This document shows, piece after piece, positions 16,221 through 23,310 of a stretch of 25,243 nt of DNA (position 1 is its first letter; the number at the start of each line of letters is the position of its first letter). Source of the DNA: a virus. Taxonomy: Duplodnaviria; Caudoviricetes. The DNA lies in IMG/VR virus record IMGVR_UViG_3300031951_001115, positions 1 through 25,243 of that record. One strand, written 5' to 3'. Made by a program: the position numbers and the translations under genes. Under the pieces are notes generated by a model that worked only from the letters and a program-made list of their open reading frames with translations, did no database searches and was not told the origin of the DNA.

Positions 16221-16414
16221 CATATGTAGCTTCCGCAGCAATGCTTGCCTTCGTCATTGACGGCGAGGTTGTTCAAGTAATGGGAACTGATGAGCGCCTA
16301 GCTGCCATCCTTCTTAGTGATCCAATCATTGTTGATGTTACTGGCGTTGACCCAGCTCTTGTTACCTCGGCCAACTTTGACGTAACGACAAACACATTTA
16401 AAGATAAAGCCTGA
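16217..16414 (+). CDS. Hypothetical protein
   Basis: ATGA overlap; FVIDGEVV...DERLAAILLSDP. Confidence 0.7.
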   Translation: MTYVASAAMLAFVIDGEVVQVMGTDERLAAILLSDPIIVDVTGVDPALVTSANFDVTTNTFKDKA

Positions 16415-16439
16415 CAACCCTTAAATACTCTTAGACAAT
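16405..16439 (+). promoter_or_regulatory. Candidate late promoter
   Basis: TAAAGCCTGA-N19-GACAAT, followed by a leader hairpin GCACC-CCGATCA-GGTGC and an AAGG RBS. Confidence 0.5.
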
Positions 16440-16490
16440 AGTGACTGCACCCCGATCAGGTGCTTAACCACTCTAGAGAAAAGGTAAACA

Positions 16491-17828
16491 ATGTCAAGCT
16501 ACAATTCACCGCTTCCGGTGGGTTCACCAGAGGGTACAGGCGCAGCAGCTATTGCTATCGCAGAGACTCCAGGCGGAACTAACACCAACGGTAATGCAAC
16601 AGATTCAGCAGGAAACGTAAAAGTAGATTTCGTATGGGGTAACTACCCTATGCAACCAAACGATGTACGTACAGAAGAAGCAGCTGGAAACTTCGGCGGA
16701 ACAACAGGATCAGATGAACTTGCTTACAGAACTGCTGTAGTAACAGCTGCATCTGGAAACGGAACCACTGTTACTTACACAGCGGCTAACTCATTCCATG
16801 TTGGACAGACTGTAACAATTACAGGTCTTGCTACATCAGCTCTTAATCTTTCAAACGTGCTTATTGCTTCACTTGTAGGTACAGAAGGCGCTCGTACAGG
16901 CTTCACAGTAACTAACGCAGCTTCAGGATCTGACTCAGCTCAGACAGCTGTTGCTAAGGTAGTTGTAGGAGAGATCCCTGGCGTTGGCGCTGATGCTTCA
17001 TGGTCAGCTACAACAAAGGTAGCTGGAGCTCGTCTAGATGCAGCTCTTGATAACCATGCAAATGCAGAGGCTGAATGGAACAACTATCCAGCATTTACTC
17101 CAGGAGCAGGTAACTACAAGGTTACAGCTGCTTCAGGTAACGGAACAACTGTTACATACACAGCTCAAAACAACCTTGCAGTTGGAGATGTTGTAAACAT
17201 TACAGGTCTTACAGCTTCAGCTTACAACCTATCTGGAGTAACAGTTGCTACAGCTGATGCTCTTAAGTTCACAGTAACTAACGCAGCTAACGCTGGTGAA
17301 ATTACCGGACAGTGGTACGGCAAGGTAGAGTCAACTACTGCTCTAACAGCAGCTGATGGCGCTGGAATTGGCTACATCGTAGTACCTTCAGTACTTGGTG
17401 AGACAACAGCAGTTGCTCTTGATGAGCTTAAGGATGCTGGCTACGAAACAGCTAATATCACTACAGCTTCAGCAGCTACAAACACTGCTACACAGCCAAC
17501 ACGTATTAACGTAACAAGCACTACTGAAGCTACTGTAACTATTTCTGGCGGCACAAGCACATGGGCAGTAGGTACTAAGGTAACTATCGCTTCAGGAACA
17601 GGTATCCCAGCAGCACTTGTTGGTACTTGGCGTGTAACCGGTGGTTCAGGAAGCACACTTGTAATCGCAGGTTCAGGATGGACAGTTGCAGACACAGGCG
17701 CTATCACACCTGGTACAGCACTTACTGGTACAGCTGGAACAATCAAGACACAGTCAACAGCAGCCGGTGCATCTTCAGTTGCAACAACAGCAACAATTAC
17801 AATCACACCTTGGGCAGCAGCAGCATAA
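16491..17828 (+). CDS. Virion structural protein with repeated beta modules and a split PASTA-like domain
   Basis: VTAASGNGTTVTYTA.N...VG..V.ITGL..SA.NLS...FTVTNAA x2; VVPSVLGETTAVALDELKDAG and GTIKTQSTAAG...ITITPW are the two PASTA halves. Confidence 0.75.
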   Translation: MSSYNSPLPVGSPEGTGAAAIAIAETPGGTNTNGNATDSAGNVKVDFVWGNYPMQPNDVRTEEAAGNFGGTTGSDELAYRTAVVTAASGNGTTVTYTAANSFHVGQTVTITGLATSALNLSNVLIASLVGTEGARTGFTVTNAASGSDSAQTAVAKVVVGEIPGVGADASWSATTKVAGARLDAALDNHANAEAEWNNYPAFTPGAGNYKVTAASGNGTTVTYTAQNNLAVGDVVNITGLTASAYNLSGVTVATADALKFTVTNAANAGEITGQWYGKVESTTALTAADGAGIGYIVVPSVLGETTAVALDELKDAGYETANITTASAATNTATQPTRINVTSTTEATVTISGGTSTWAVGTKVTIASGTGIPAALVGTWRVTGGSGSTLVIAGSGWTVADTGAITPGTALTGTAGTIKTQSTAAGASSVATTATITITPWAAAA

Positions 17829-17834
17829 CCTTCC

Positions 17835-17878
17835 CAACACAAACAAAAAGCCCCCGGCTAATAACCGGGGGCTTTTTG
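17835..17878. terminator. Bidirectional intrinsic terminator with adjacent CAACACAAACA box
   Basis: AAAAAG-CCCCCGG-CTAATAA-CCGGGGG-CTTTTT between convergent genes; CAACACAAACA at 17835-17845. Confidence 0.9.
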
Positions 17879-17887
17879 ATTTACATC

Positions 17888-18163
17888 TTACGTTTTAGGG
17901 ACTGTTATCTTTCTTCCAAAACTACCCCGAAGCATTTCTTGTCTTTGCCCTGGAGTAGTGCCTCCCCAAATACCATCTAGCGATCGACCTTGGCTTAGCG
18001 CATACTGCAAACACTCTGAGATTATGGAGCAACGGCTACATATATCTTTTGCTTGTTTTACAGTTGTGTGCCACTCCGAGATATAGTCTTTTGGAAAAAA
18101 TATATCTGGTGAAGCTGCGGTGCACGGTTTTGGTACATCAAGGGGTAAAGCGTTTAAGGGCAT
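17888..18163 (-). CDS. whiB: WhiB-family Fe-S transcriptional regulator
   Basis: C(TAASPDIFFP)...AKDIC-SR-C-SIISE-C(LQYAL)...GIWGGTT...R: four Cys plus the G[IV]WGG motif. Confidence 0.95.
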   Translation of the reverse strand: MPLNALPLDVPKPCTAASPDIFFPKDYISEWHTTVKQAKDICSRCSIISECLQYALSQGRSLDGIWGGTTPGQRQEMLRGSFGRKITVPKT

Positions 18164-18175
18164 GTAGTGGTCCGT

Positions 18176-18715
18176 TCAGTTTTTTGGAAATTGTTTTAGA
18201 AAACTCTCATATCTAGCTCCATTTGTTTGACCTGGATAGACTTTCCAGGAAGACCAGTCTTCTCCACCGTTAGTCATGTGAAAAGCTATTTCCGCATTTG
18301 TAACTGGGTCAAAGAGATCTTTATTTGTTTTGAGGTCAAATTTCTCCCGTCGGTCTTCTCCGAGACTTCCCAGCATATTAATCTGGAAAACCCCGTAGGA
18401 GTTGTCTCCTGTTGAAACATCTCCGTTGTGGGCTAAGGGGCGACCGTTAGATTCTTTCTTAGCAACCGCATAGGCGACCTTGAGAGCTTTTCCCTCAAAA
18501 CCAACCGCGCTAAGCAGGTCAACTAATTCTGTATCTGACAGCTCTTTTGCTCCTCTGTATTTCTCTAGTGGGTCCACAGTGCTTACTTGTACTGTCACAG
18601 TTGATCCTTCCACCTCGTTCGCGTTAGCGAGCGCGTGTGGTAGTCCACCTATTAACAGTGCATACATCGAAAACACCGCCACTTTTTCCATCGTATCTTT
18701 TCTGATATTGAACAT
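18176..18715 (-). CDS. Secreted lysozyme-like lytic transglycosylase (SLT-type)
   Basis: N-terminal signal/TM segment; AVAKKES (catalytic Glu), SYGVFQIN, LFDPVTNA, DWSSW; GAGAGGAG RBS. Confidence 0.85.
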   Translation of the reverse strand: MFNIRKDTMEKVAVFSMYALLIGGLPHALANANEVEGSTVTVQVSTVDPLEKYRGAKELSDTELVDLLSAVGFEGKALKVAYAVAKKESNGRPLAHNGDVSTGDNSYGVFQINMLGSLGEDRREKFDLKTNKDLFDPVTNAEIAFHMTNGGEDWSSWKVYPGQTNGARYESFLKQFPKN

Positions 18716-18726
18716 TTCTGCTCCTC

Positions 18727-18797
18727 TCAGTAATAAAAGACGCTATTGCTAGCGTCTCTCATGTTCTAGATTGCCACAGCGTTACACTCAAGGTCAA
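18727..18797 (-). promoter_or_regulatory. Promoter and structured leader/uORF of the transglycosylase-whiB operon
   Basis: Minus strand TTGACC-N18-CAATCT-N5-ATG (11-aa uORF MRDASNSVFYY, 18762..18727); hairpin AGACGCTA-GCAA-TAGCGTCT; the uORF stop overlaps the RBS. Confidence 0.6.
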
Positions 18798-18938
18798 GTC
18801 CAAACAAATATATTTTTTATATTGAGACAAATTTACGCTTAGATGGTCTAATTTAAAGATATAAATCTCGTGATTTGAGACGGACAACATATTCTCATAT
18901 TTTGAACTTGACATCTTCTACAGAATGAGTATATGTAA

Positions 18939-19175
18939 ATGAGCGTATCTGATTGGGCCGCATTAACCTCTGTTGTTCTTGGAGTAGGCGGAGTAACTAT
19001 CCTTGGTATCAAGTGGACAATCAAGCATTATCTAGCTGAACTTAAGCCAAATGGCGGATCAAGCATGCGTGATTCCATTAATAAAATAGCTACCGACGTA
19101 ACGGAAATGCGAGTCTCTTTAGCTCGTCTAGAAGGCCGGTTTGACCAGCACGTTGACGAATCTCCTGAGTGGTAG
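18939..19175 (+). CDS. Single-TM membrane protein (actinophage lysis-cassette type)
   Basis: N-terminal TM helix, then ELKPNGGSSMRD and a coiled coil. Confidence 0.7.
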   Translation: MSVSDWAALTSVVLGVGGVTILGIKWTIKHYLAELKPNGGSSMRDSINKIATDVTEMRVSLARLEGRFDQHVDESPEW

Positions 19176-19227
19176 TACTTTTATAGTACTGGGGTCTTGT
19201 ACCCCACCTACAAGGAAAGAGAGAAAA

Positions 19228-19422
19228 ATGAATATAGCTCAGCTTCAAGCTGCGTTTGGTTCGTACCTTAGAGCCTCAATTGCGGCAGTAGCAGCTCTTT
19301 ACATGAGCGGTATTACTGACCCAAAGACGCTCCTTAACGCTTTTATTGCAGGTCTTATCGGACCGCTTGCTAAAGCCGTTAATCCAAAAGACACGTCAAT
19401 AGGAATAAACGCGTCTAAGTAA
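19228..19422 (+). CDS. Putative holin
   Basis: 64 aa with two hydrophobic helices and an NPKD tail; AAGGA RBS; start at ATG 19228. Confidence 0.65.
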   Translation: MNIAQLQAAFGSYLRASIAAVAALYMSGITDPKTLLNAFIAGLIGPLAKAVNPKDTSIGINASK

Positions 19423-19434
19423 ATAAACTTACAT

Positions 19435-19468
19435 AAAGGGAGCTGATGGGGATATCAGCTCCTTTTTT
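19435..19468 (+). terminator. Intrinsic terminator
   Basis: GGAGCTGAT-GGGGAT-ATCAGCTCC-TTTTTT. Confidence 0.85.
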
Positions 19469-19484
19469 GTTGTATACTGAAGGC

Positions 19485-19724
19485 ATGATCAAATGTGCTA
19501 ACTGCTCTCTAGCGGCTGTTTATACAATAAGCGAGCCGGGAGCAAATCCTGTTGACTACTGCTCTACCTGCCTACCACGTTGGCTTCTAACAGATGCAGC
19601 TGAAGGTAAGTTTGTTCTTCGCTCTGAAGATGTAAAAAAGGACGTTGTTGAGGAAAAGCCAAAGACTATTAAAAAGAAAGCAGCGGCGCCTGTAGAGGAA
19701 ACGTCTGCCGATGAGAGTAACTAG
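19485..19724 (+). CDS. Zn-finger hypothetical protein, leaderless
   Basis: TATACT (19473-19478)-N6-ATG; CANC...YCSTC. Confidence 0.75.
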   Translation: MIKCANCSLAAVYTISEPGANPVDYCSTCLPRWLLTDAAEGKFVLRSEDVKKDVVEEKPKTIKKKAAAPVEETSADESN

Positions 19725-19974
19725 TAAACCTGCTATTCAAGTACACCCCGTTCCCCACACCGTAACGGATCCAAAAGGCCCTTTTCCTAGAGAGCTGTTT
19801 GACGAGCCAGATATTGTGGTTGATTATGAACCTCAAGATAATGAAGATGGAAGCAACTTTCCACTAGGCGCTACCTCTCAAAACAATTTTAAACCTGTAA
19901 GATATCTACGTTGTTCAGTATGCTTAGTGCGAGTCCTAGAAACAGAGACTGAAAATCACGTTTGTGAGGAATAA
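19711..19974 (+). CDS. Hypothetical protein with C-terminal CxxC...HxC
   Basis: GAGG RBS; CSVC...HVC; TAATG coupling. Confidence 0.7.
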   Translation: MRVTSKPAIQVHPVPHTVTDPKGPFPRELFDEPDIVVDYEPQDNEDGSNFPLGATSQNNFKPVRYLRCSVCLVRVLETETENHVCEE

Positions 19975-20519
19975 TGGCTAGAAGAAGCAAAGCTTATATT
20001 GAAGGAATGAACCGGGTAAGCGAAGAGCTAGCCCGAGTAAAAAACAATGAATCTACTCGTGTAGCAAAGCGTGAGCTTAAAGAAAGCCAAAACGAAGTAT
20101 TTGAAAACACTGAGTGGCTTGTCAGCGTACCTAAAGAGCTAAAGAACGCTGGATCAGAAGTTAAGAACGCCCCTACAACAAATCCTGAGCGCCCTAGAGC
20201 TTGGACGATTGCTTACCACCCAAATGATAAAAAGCTTGTAGTTGTGTTTAGAGACAACACTTGGTGGGAATACCGAAACGTGCCTACTCATTTGTGGGAA
20301 GGCTTAAAAGCCAGCGGATCTACCGGTAAGTATCTAAGAACCTCTGGTCTTGATCAGTGGCCGGATATGGGCCCAGCAAATATGGATGAGTTCTCATCAG
20401 GAGCAAAAGAAAAGATTAGCCAAACAGCCCTAATTAGTAGCAAACTAGGTAAGCCTCTTCCAGAGGACTTTAACATTAGACACTTCACAGCAAAGGAACT
20501 ATTTAACGAAATCTTATGA
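19974..20519 (+). CDS. KTSC-domain protein
   Basis: IAYHPNDKKLVVVFRDNTWWEYRNVPTHLWEGLKASGSTGKYL matches the KTSC pattern. Confidence 0.8.
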   Translation: MARRSKAYIEGMNRVSEELARVKNNESTRVAKRELKESQNEVFENTEWLVSVPKELKNAGSEVKNAPTTNPERPRAWTIAYHPNDKKLVVVFRDNTWWEYRNVPTHLWEGLKASGSTGKYLRTSGLDQWPDMGPANMDEFSSGAKEKISQTALISSKLGKPLPEDFNIRHFTAKELFNEIL

Positions 20520-20815
20520 AAACATACGGTCAACTATACGTCGGAAAACTTGAGTACTACCACCGCAAGCCTTTACCAATTGTTGAGATTGGATGGACCC
20601 AGGAAACGGATCACCCCTACCGTAAAGGCACTTGTTTAGTATTTAGGTTGCCTTTTACTAAGCCAGGGTTTTATATGGGTAAGTGGATCATTGGATCTGA
20701 GTTGCCATTTGAAGCAGATAATGCAATAGACTCCCGCCTATCGGATGCTATGAAGGTCCGCAATGTTTGGAAGCCGGAGGATGGCAGTTATGAAGAAGCT
20801 TTTTTCAAAGAGTAA
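20516..20815 (+). CDS. Hypothetical protein
   Basis: ATGA overlap; 99 aa. Confidence 0.7.
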   Translation: MKTYGQLYVGKLEYYHRKPLPIVEIGWTQETDHPYRKGTCLVFRLPFTKPGFYMGKWIIGSELPFEADNAIDSRLSDAMKVRNVWKPEDGSYEEAFFKE

Positions 20816-21041
20816 CAAAGACTGGGATAAACCATTCTCAGAAAAAGTAGCAAAACGGGTATCTCGAATCCCTACTGCTGAGCTAGAAATGTGGCTAGAG
20901 CAATCTATTTATGAGGTTGGTCGATGCCTTTCTGGTTACACAAAAAGTCGGGAAATGGTTTACCTACAAGAAGCTAGGACTGGTGCAGAAGCTTTACATG
21001 CAGTTGTAGAAGAGCTGTACAAAAGGAACGCTAAGCCGTAA
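20790..21041 (+). CDS. Hypothetical helical protein
   Basis: GGAGG RBS before ATG 20790 (MKKLFSK...). Confidence 0.7.
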   Translation: MKKLFSKSNKDWDKPFSEKVAKRVSRIPTAELEMWLEQSIYEVGRCLSGYTKSREMVYLQEARTGAEALHAVVEELYKRNAKP

Positions 21042-21074
21042 GTAGATTTGTCGACTTTATGATAAACTAGGTCT

Positions 21075-21147
21075 TGCCTCTCTCTTCCTCTCCCCGTGTG
21101 GTGGCAGCAAAGGGCCCTGGGTTTAATAGCCCAGGCTTTTTGTTTTT
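21075..21147 (+). ncRNA. Candidate small RNA with CU-rich loop and its own terminator
   Basis: TAAACT -10 at 21063-21068; TGCC-[TCTCTCTTCCTCTCCCCGTGTGGT]-GGCA hairpin; terminator CCTGGGT-TTAATA-GCCCAGG-CTTTTTGTTTTT. Confidence 0.5.
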
Positions 21148-21166
21148 AACTAGACTTAAGGTTAAT

Positions 21167-22756
21167 ATGGAAAACAACATTGTTTTAGAAGATGATGACG
21201 AAGAGTTCTTCCCGGTAGACGCGGAGGAAGAAGATCTTGCGCCCGAAGAAGAGTTTGAAGAACTTGATGAATTATCTAGGGAGTTTGTTAAAAAAATAAC
21301 TGACAGAACTGTTCAGTTTATGACAGCTCTTGTTGGTCATGAGTTACACCCATACCAAATGCCGTTAGCTCGTCGCATCATTGAATCTGTAATTATTAAT
21401 GACGGTGAAGAAATTACTGCGCTTGCAGCACGTCAGTCAGGTAAATCAGAAACTATTGCTAACACTGTAGCTACACTTATGGTTTTACTTCCAAGGCTTG
21501 CAAAGATGTACCCGGATCTTCTTGGTAAGTTTAAAGATGGAATTTGGATCGGTATGTTTGCTCCTGTTGAAGGTCAGGTAGAAACTTTATTTGGTCGTAC
21601 AGTAAATCGCCTTACATCAGAGCGAGCTCTTGAAATTCTTGGTGATCCAGAGATTGATGATTCTCTTGGAAAAGTTCCGGGTGTAACACGGCAAATTAAA
21701 CTTAAAAACTCAGGTAGCAGTCTTATGATGATGACAGCTAACCCTAGAGCTAAAATTGAATCTAAGTCTTTTCATTTAATTGTTATTGACGAGTGCCAGG
21801 AGGCGGACGACTTTGTTGTATCAAAATCTATTAGCCCTATGCTTGCTTACTACTCAGGAACTATGGTTAAGACAGGCACTCCAACTACAAGTAAAAACAA
21901 TTTTTACCGTTCTATCCAATTAAACAAAAGACGGCAAACTGGCAGAACTTCACGTCAAAACCACTTTGAGTGGGATTGGCGAGACGTAGCTAAGGTAAAT
22001 GTTAACTACGGCAAGTTTATTAAAAAAGAGATGCTTCGTATTGGGGAGGACTCTGATGAGTTCCAGATGTCGTACTCATGCAAATGGTTGCTGGAGCGAG
22101 GAATGTTCGTTACATCAGCTATTATGGACGAGCTCGGTGACACCTCGCAAGAAACTGTTAAAGCTTGGCACAGAACACCAGTCGTTGTGGGAATTGACCC
22201 TGCAAGAAAGCTTGACTCCACAGTAGTTACAGTTGTCTGGGTAGATTGGGATCGCCCAGATGAGTTTGGTTATTACGACCACCGCGTACTTAACTGGTTA
22301 GAGATTCAAGGCGACGACTGGGAAGATCAGTACTTCCAGATTGTTAACTTCTTAAATAACTATGACGTATTAGCTGTTGGTATTGACGCTAATGGTGTTG
22401 GAGACGCGGTAGCTCAAAGAATGAAACTTCTTCTACCAAGAGCTGAAGTTCATTCAATAGGCAGCAGCCAACCTGAGCAATCAAAGCGTTGGAAGCACCT
22501 AAAAGCTTTAATTGATCGACGTATGGTTGGGTGGCCAGCTCACGCAAAAACCCGTCGCCTTAGAACCTGGAAAAGGTTCTATCAACAAATGACAGACTTA
22601 GAAACAAAGTTCCAAGGCCCTAACTTCTTAGCTCATGCCCCAGAGGAAGCCCATGCTCATGACGATTACGCCGACTCTTTGGCTATTGCTTGCGCCCTAA
22701 CCATGGATCTGACAATGCCGCAGGTAGAAGTCTCCTCATCCCCATTTTTTAGATAA
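21167..22756 (+). CDS. terL: Terminase large subunit
   Basis: YQ Q-motif, Walker A ARQSGKS, Walker B LIVIDE, motif III TGTP, RNase H-like nuclease GIDPA...DD.ADS. Start taken at ATG 21167 (AAGG RBS) because the longer ORF runs through a terminator. Confidence 0.95.
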   Translation: MENNIVLEDDDEEFFPVDAEEEDLAPEEEFEELDELSREFVKKITDRTVQFMTALVGHELHPYQMPLARRIIESVIINDGEEITALAARQSGKSETIANTVATLMVLLPRLAKMYPDLLGKFKDGIWIGMFAPVEGQVETLFGRTVNRLTSERALEILGDPEIDDSLGKVPGVTRQIKLKNSGSSLMMMTANPRAKIESKSFHLIVIDECQEADDFVVSKSISPMLAYYSGTMVKTGTPTTSKNNFYRSIQLNKRRQTGRTSRQNHFEWDWRDVAKVNVNYGKFIKKEMLRIGEDSDEFQMSYSCKWLLERGMFVTSAIMDELGDTSQETVKAWHRTPVVVGIDPARKLDSTVVTVVWVDWDRPDEFGYYDHRVLNWLEIQGDDWEDQYFQIVNFLNNYDVLAVGIDANGVGDAVAQRMKLLLPRAEVHSIGSSQPEQSKRWKHLKALIDRRMVGWPAHAKTRRLRTWKRFYQQMTDLETKFQGPNFLAHAPEEAHAHDDYADSLAIACALTMDLTMPQVEVSSSPFFR

Positions 22757-22763
22757 TTTACAC

Positions 22764-22798
22764 TTTAGCCTGTTTATATCTCTTAAAAGTAGGACACT
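22764..22798 (+). promoter_or_regulatory. Candidate late promoter
   Basis: TTTAGCCTGT-N19-GACACT. Confidence 0.5.
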
Positions 22799-22835
22799 TT
22801 TACCGAGGTCCTCAACCGACATTTAGGAGTCATTA

Positions 22836-23234
22836 ATGACAATTGCACCAGATCCAAAGTTCCCTGAAAAAGTAGGAGCTGTATACGACCGCAAGATGGC
22901 AGGCGCTGTCCCAGGACAACGCGGACCACTTCGTTTCGAAGAAGGCATTGCAACAGACACAGACGTACCAGCTCAGTTTACAAACGGAGCAATGCAGGGA
23001 TACATGCCTGCACCAGGTCGCGCTAATCGCAATGCACCTGTTTGGCAGAAGACAGCTGAAGAAACAATGCGTGAACGCGCACACGTTGGTTCAGCTGCAT
23101 GGGTAGAAGCACCACAGAACTTGACAGACTTTGCTGCTGGAGGTTTTGCTGATCACGGCGACAATCGTTTCGAAGAAGTTATTCGCAACGGCGCTCGTCA
23201 GAGTGCTATGAACCCTGCTGTAGTCCAGGACTAA
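22836..23234 (+). CDS. Hypothetical protein between terL and portal (probably virion-associated)
   Basis: AGGAG RBS; RGPLRFEEGIATDTDVP...ERAHVGSAAW; codon usage like the structural genes. Confidence 0.8.
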   Translation: MTIAPDPKFPEKVGAVYDRKMAGAVPGQRGPLRFEEGIATDTDVPAQFTNGAMQGYMPAPGRANRNAPVWQKTAEETMRERAHVGSAAWVEAPQNLTDFAAGGFADHGDNRFEEVIRNGARQSAMNPAVVQD

Positions 23235-23242
23235 TTAAATAA

Positions 23243-23297
23243 AGTTTCTCGTCCCCCGTTTCTACGGCGAATACGTGGCGGGGGCGAGAACTTCTTT
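23243..23297 (+). terminator. Long hairpin, terminator or processing site
   Basis: TTCTCGTCCCCCG...CGGGGGCGAGAA stem with an inner TACG/CGTG helix, followed by CTTCTTT. Confidence 0.6.
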
Positions 23298-23310
23298 ATA
23301 AGGATTAAAA

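Noticed and set aside
18716-18800. c-di-AMP (ydaO) riboswitch upstream of the transglycosylase
   Set aside because: The leader is only about 50 nt and lacks the multi-stem ydaO architecture.
19446-19484. ORF-track start at 19446
   Set aside because: Lies inside the terminator stem; TATACT-N6-ATG at 19485 fits better.
21074-21166. 31-aa N-terminal extension of TerL from the TTG at 21074
   Set aside because: No SD, and it crosses a terminator hairpin and U-tract; ATG 21167 has an RBS.
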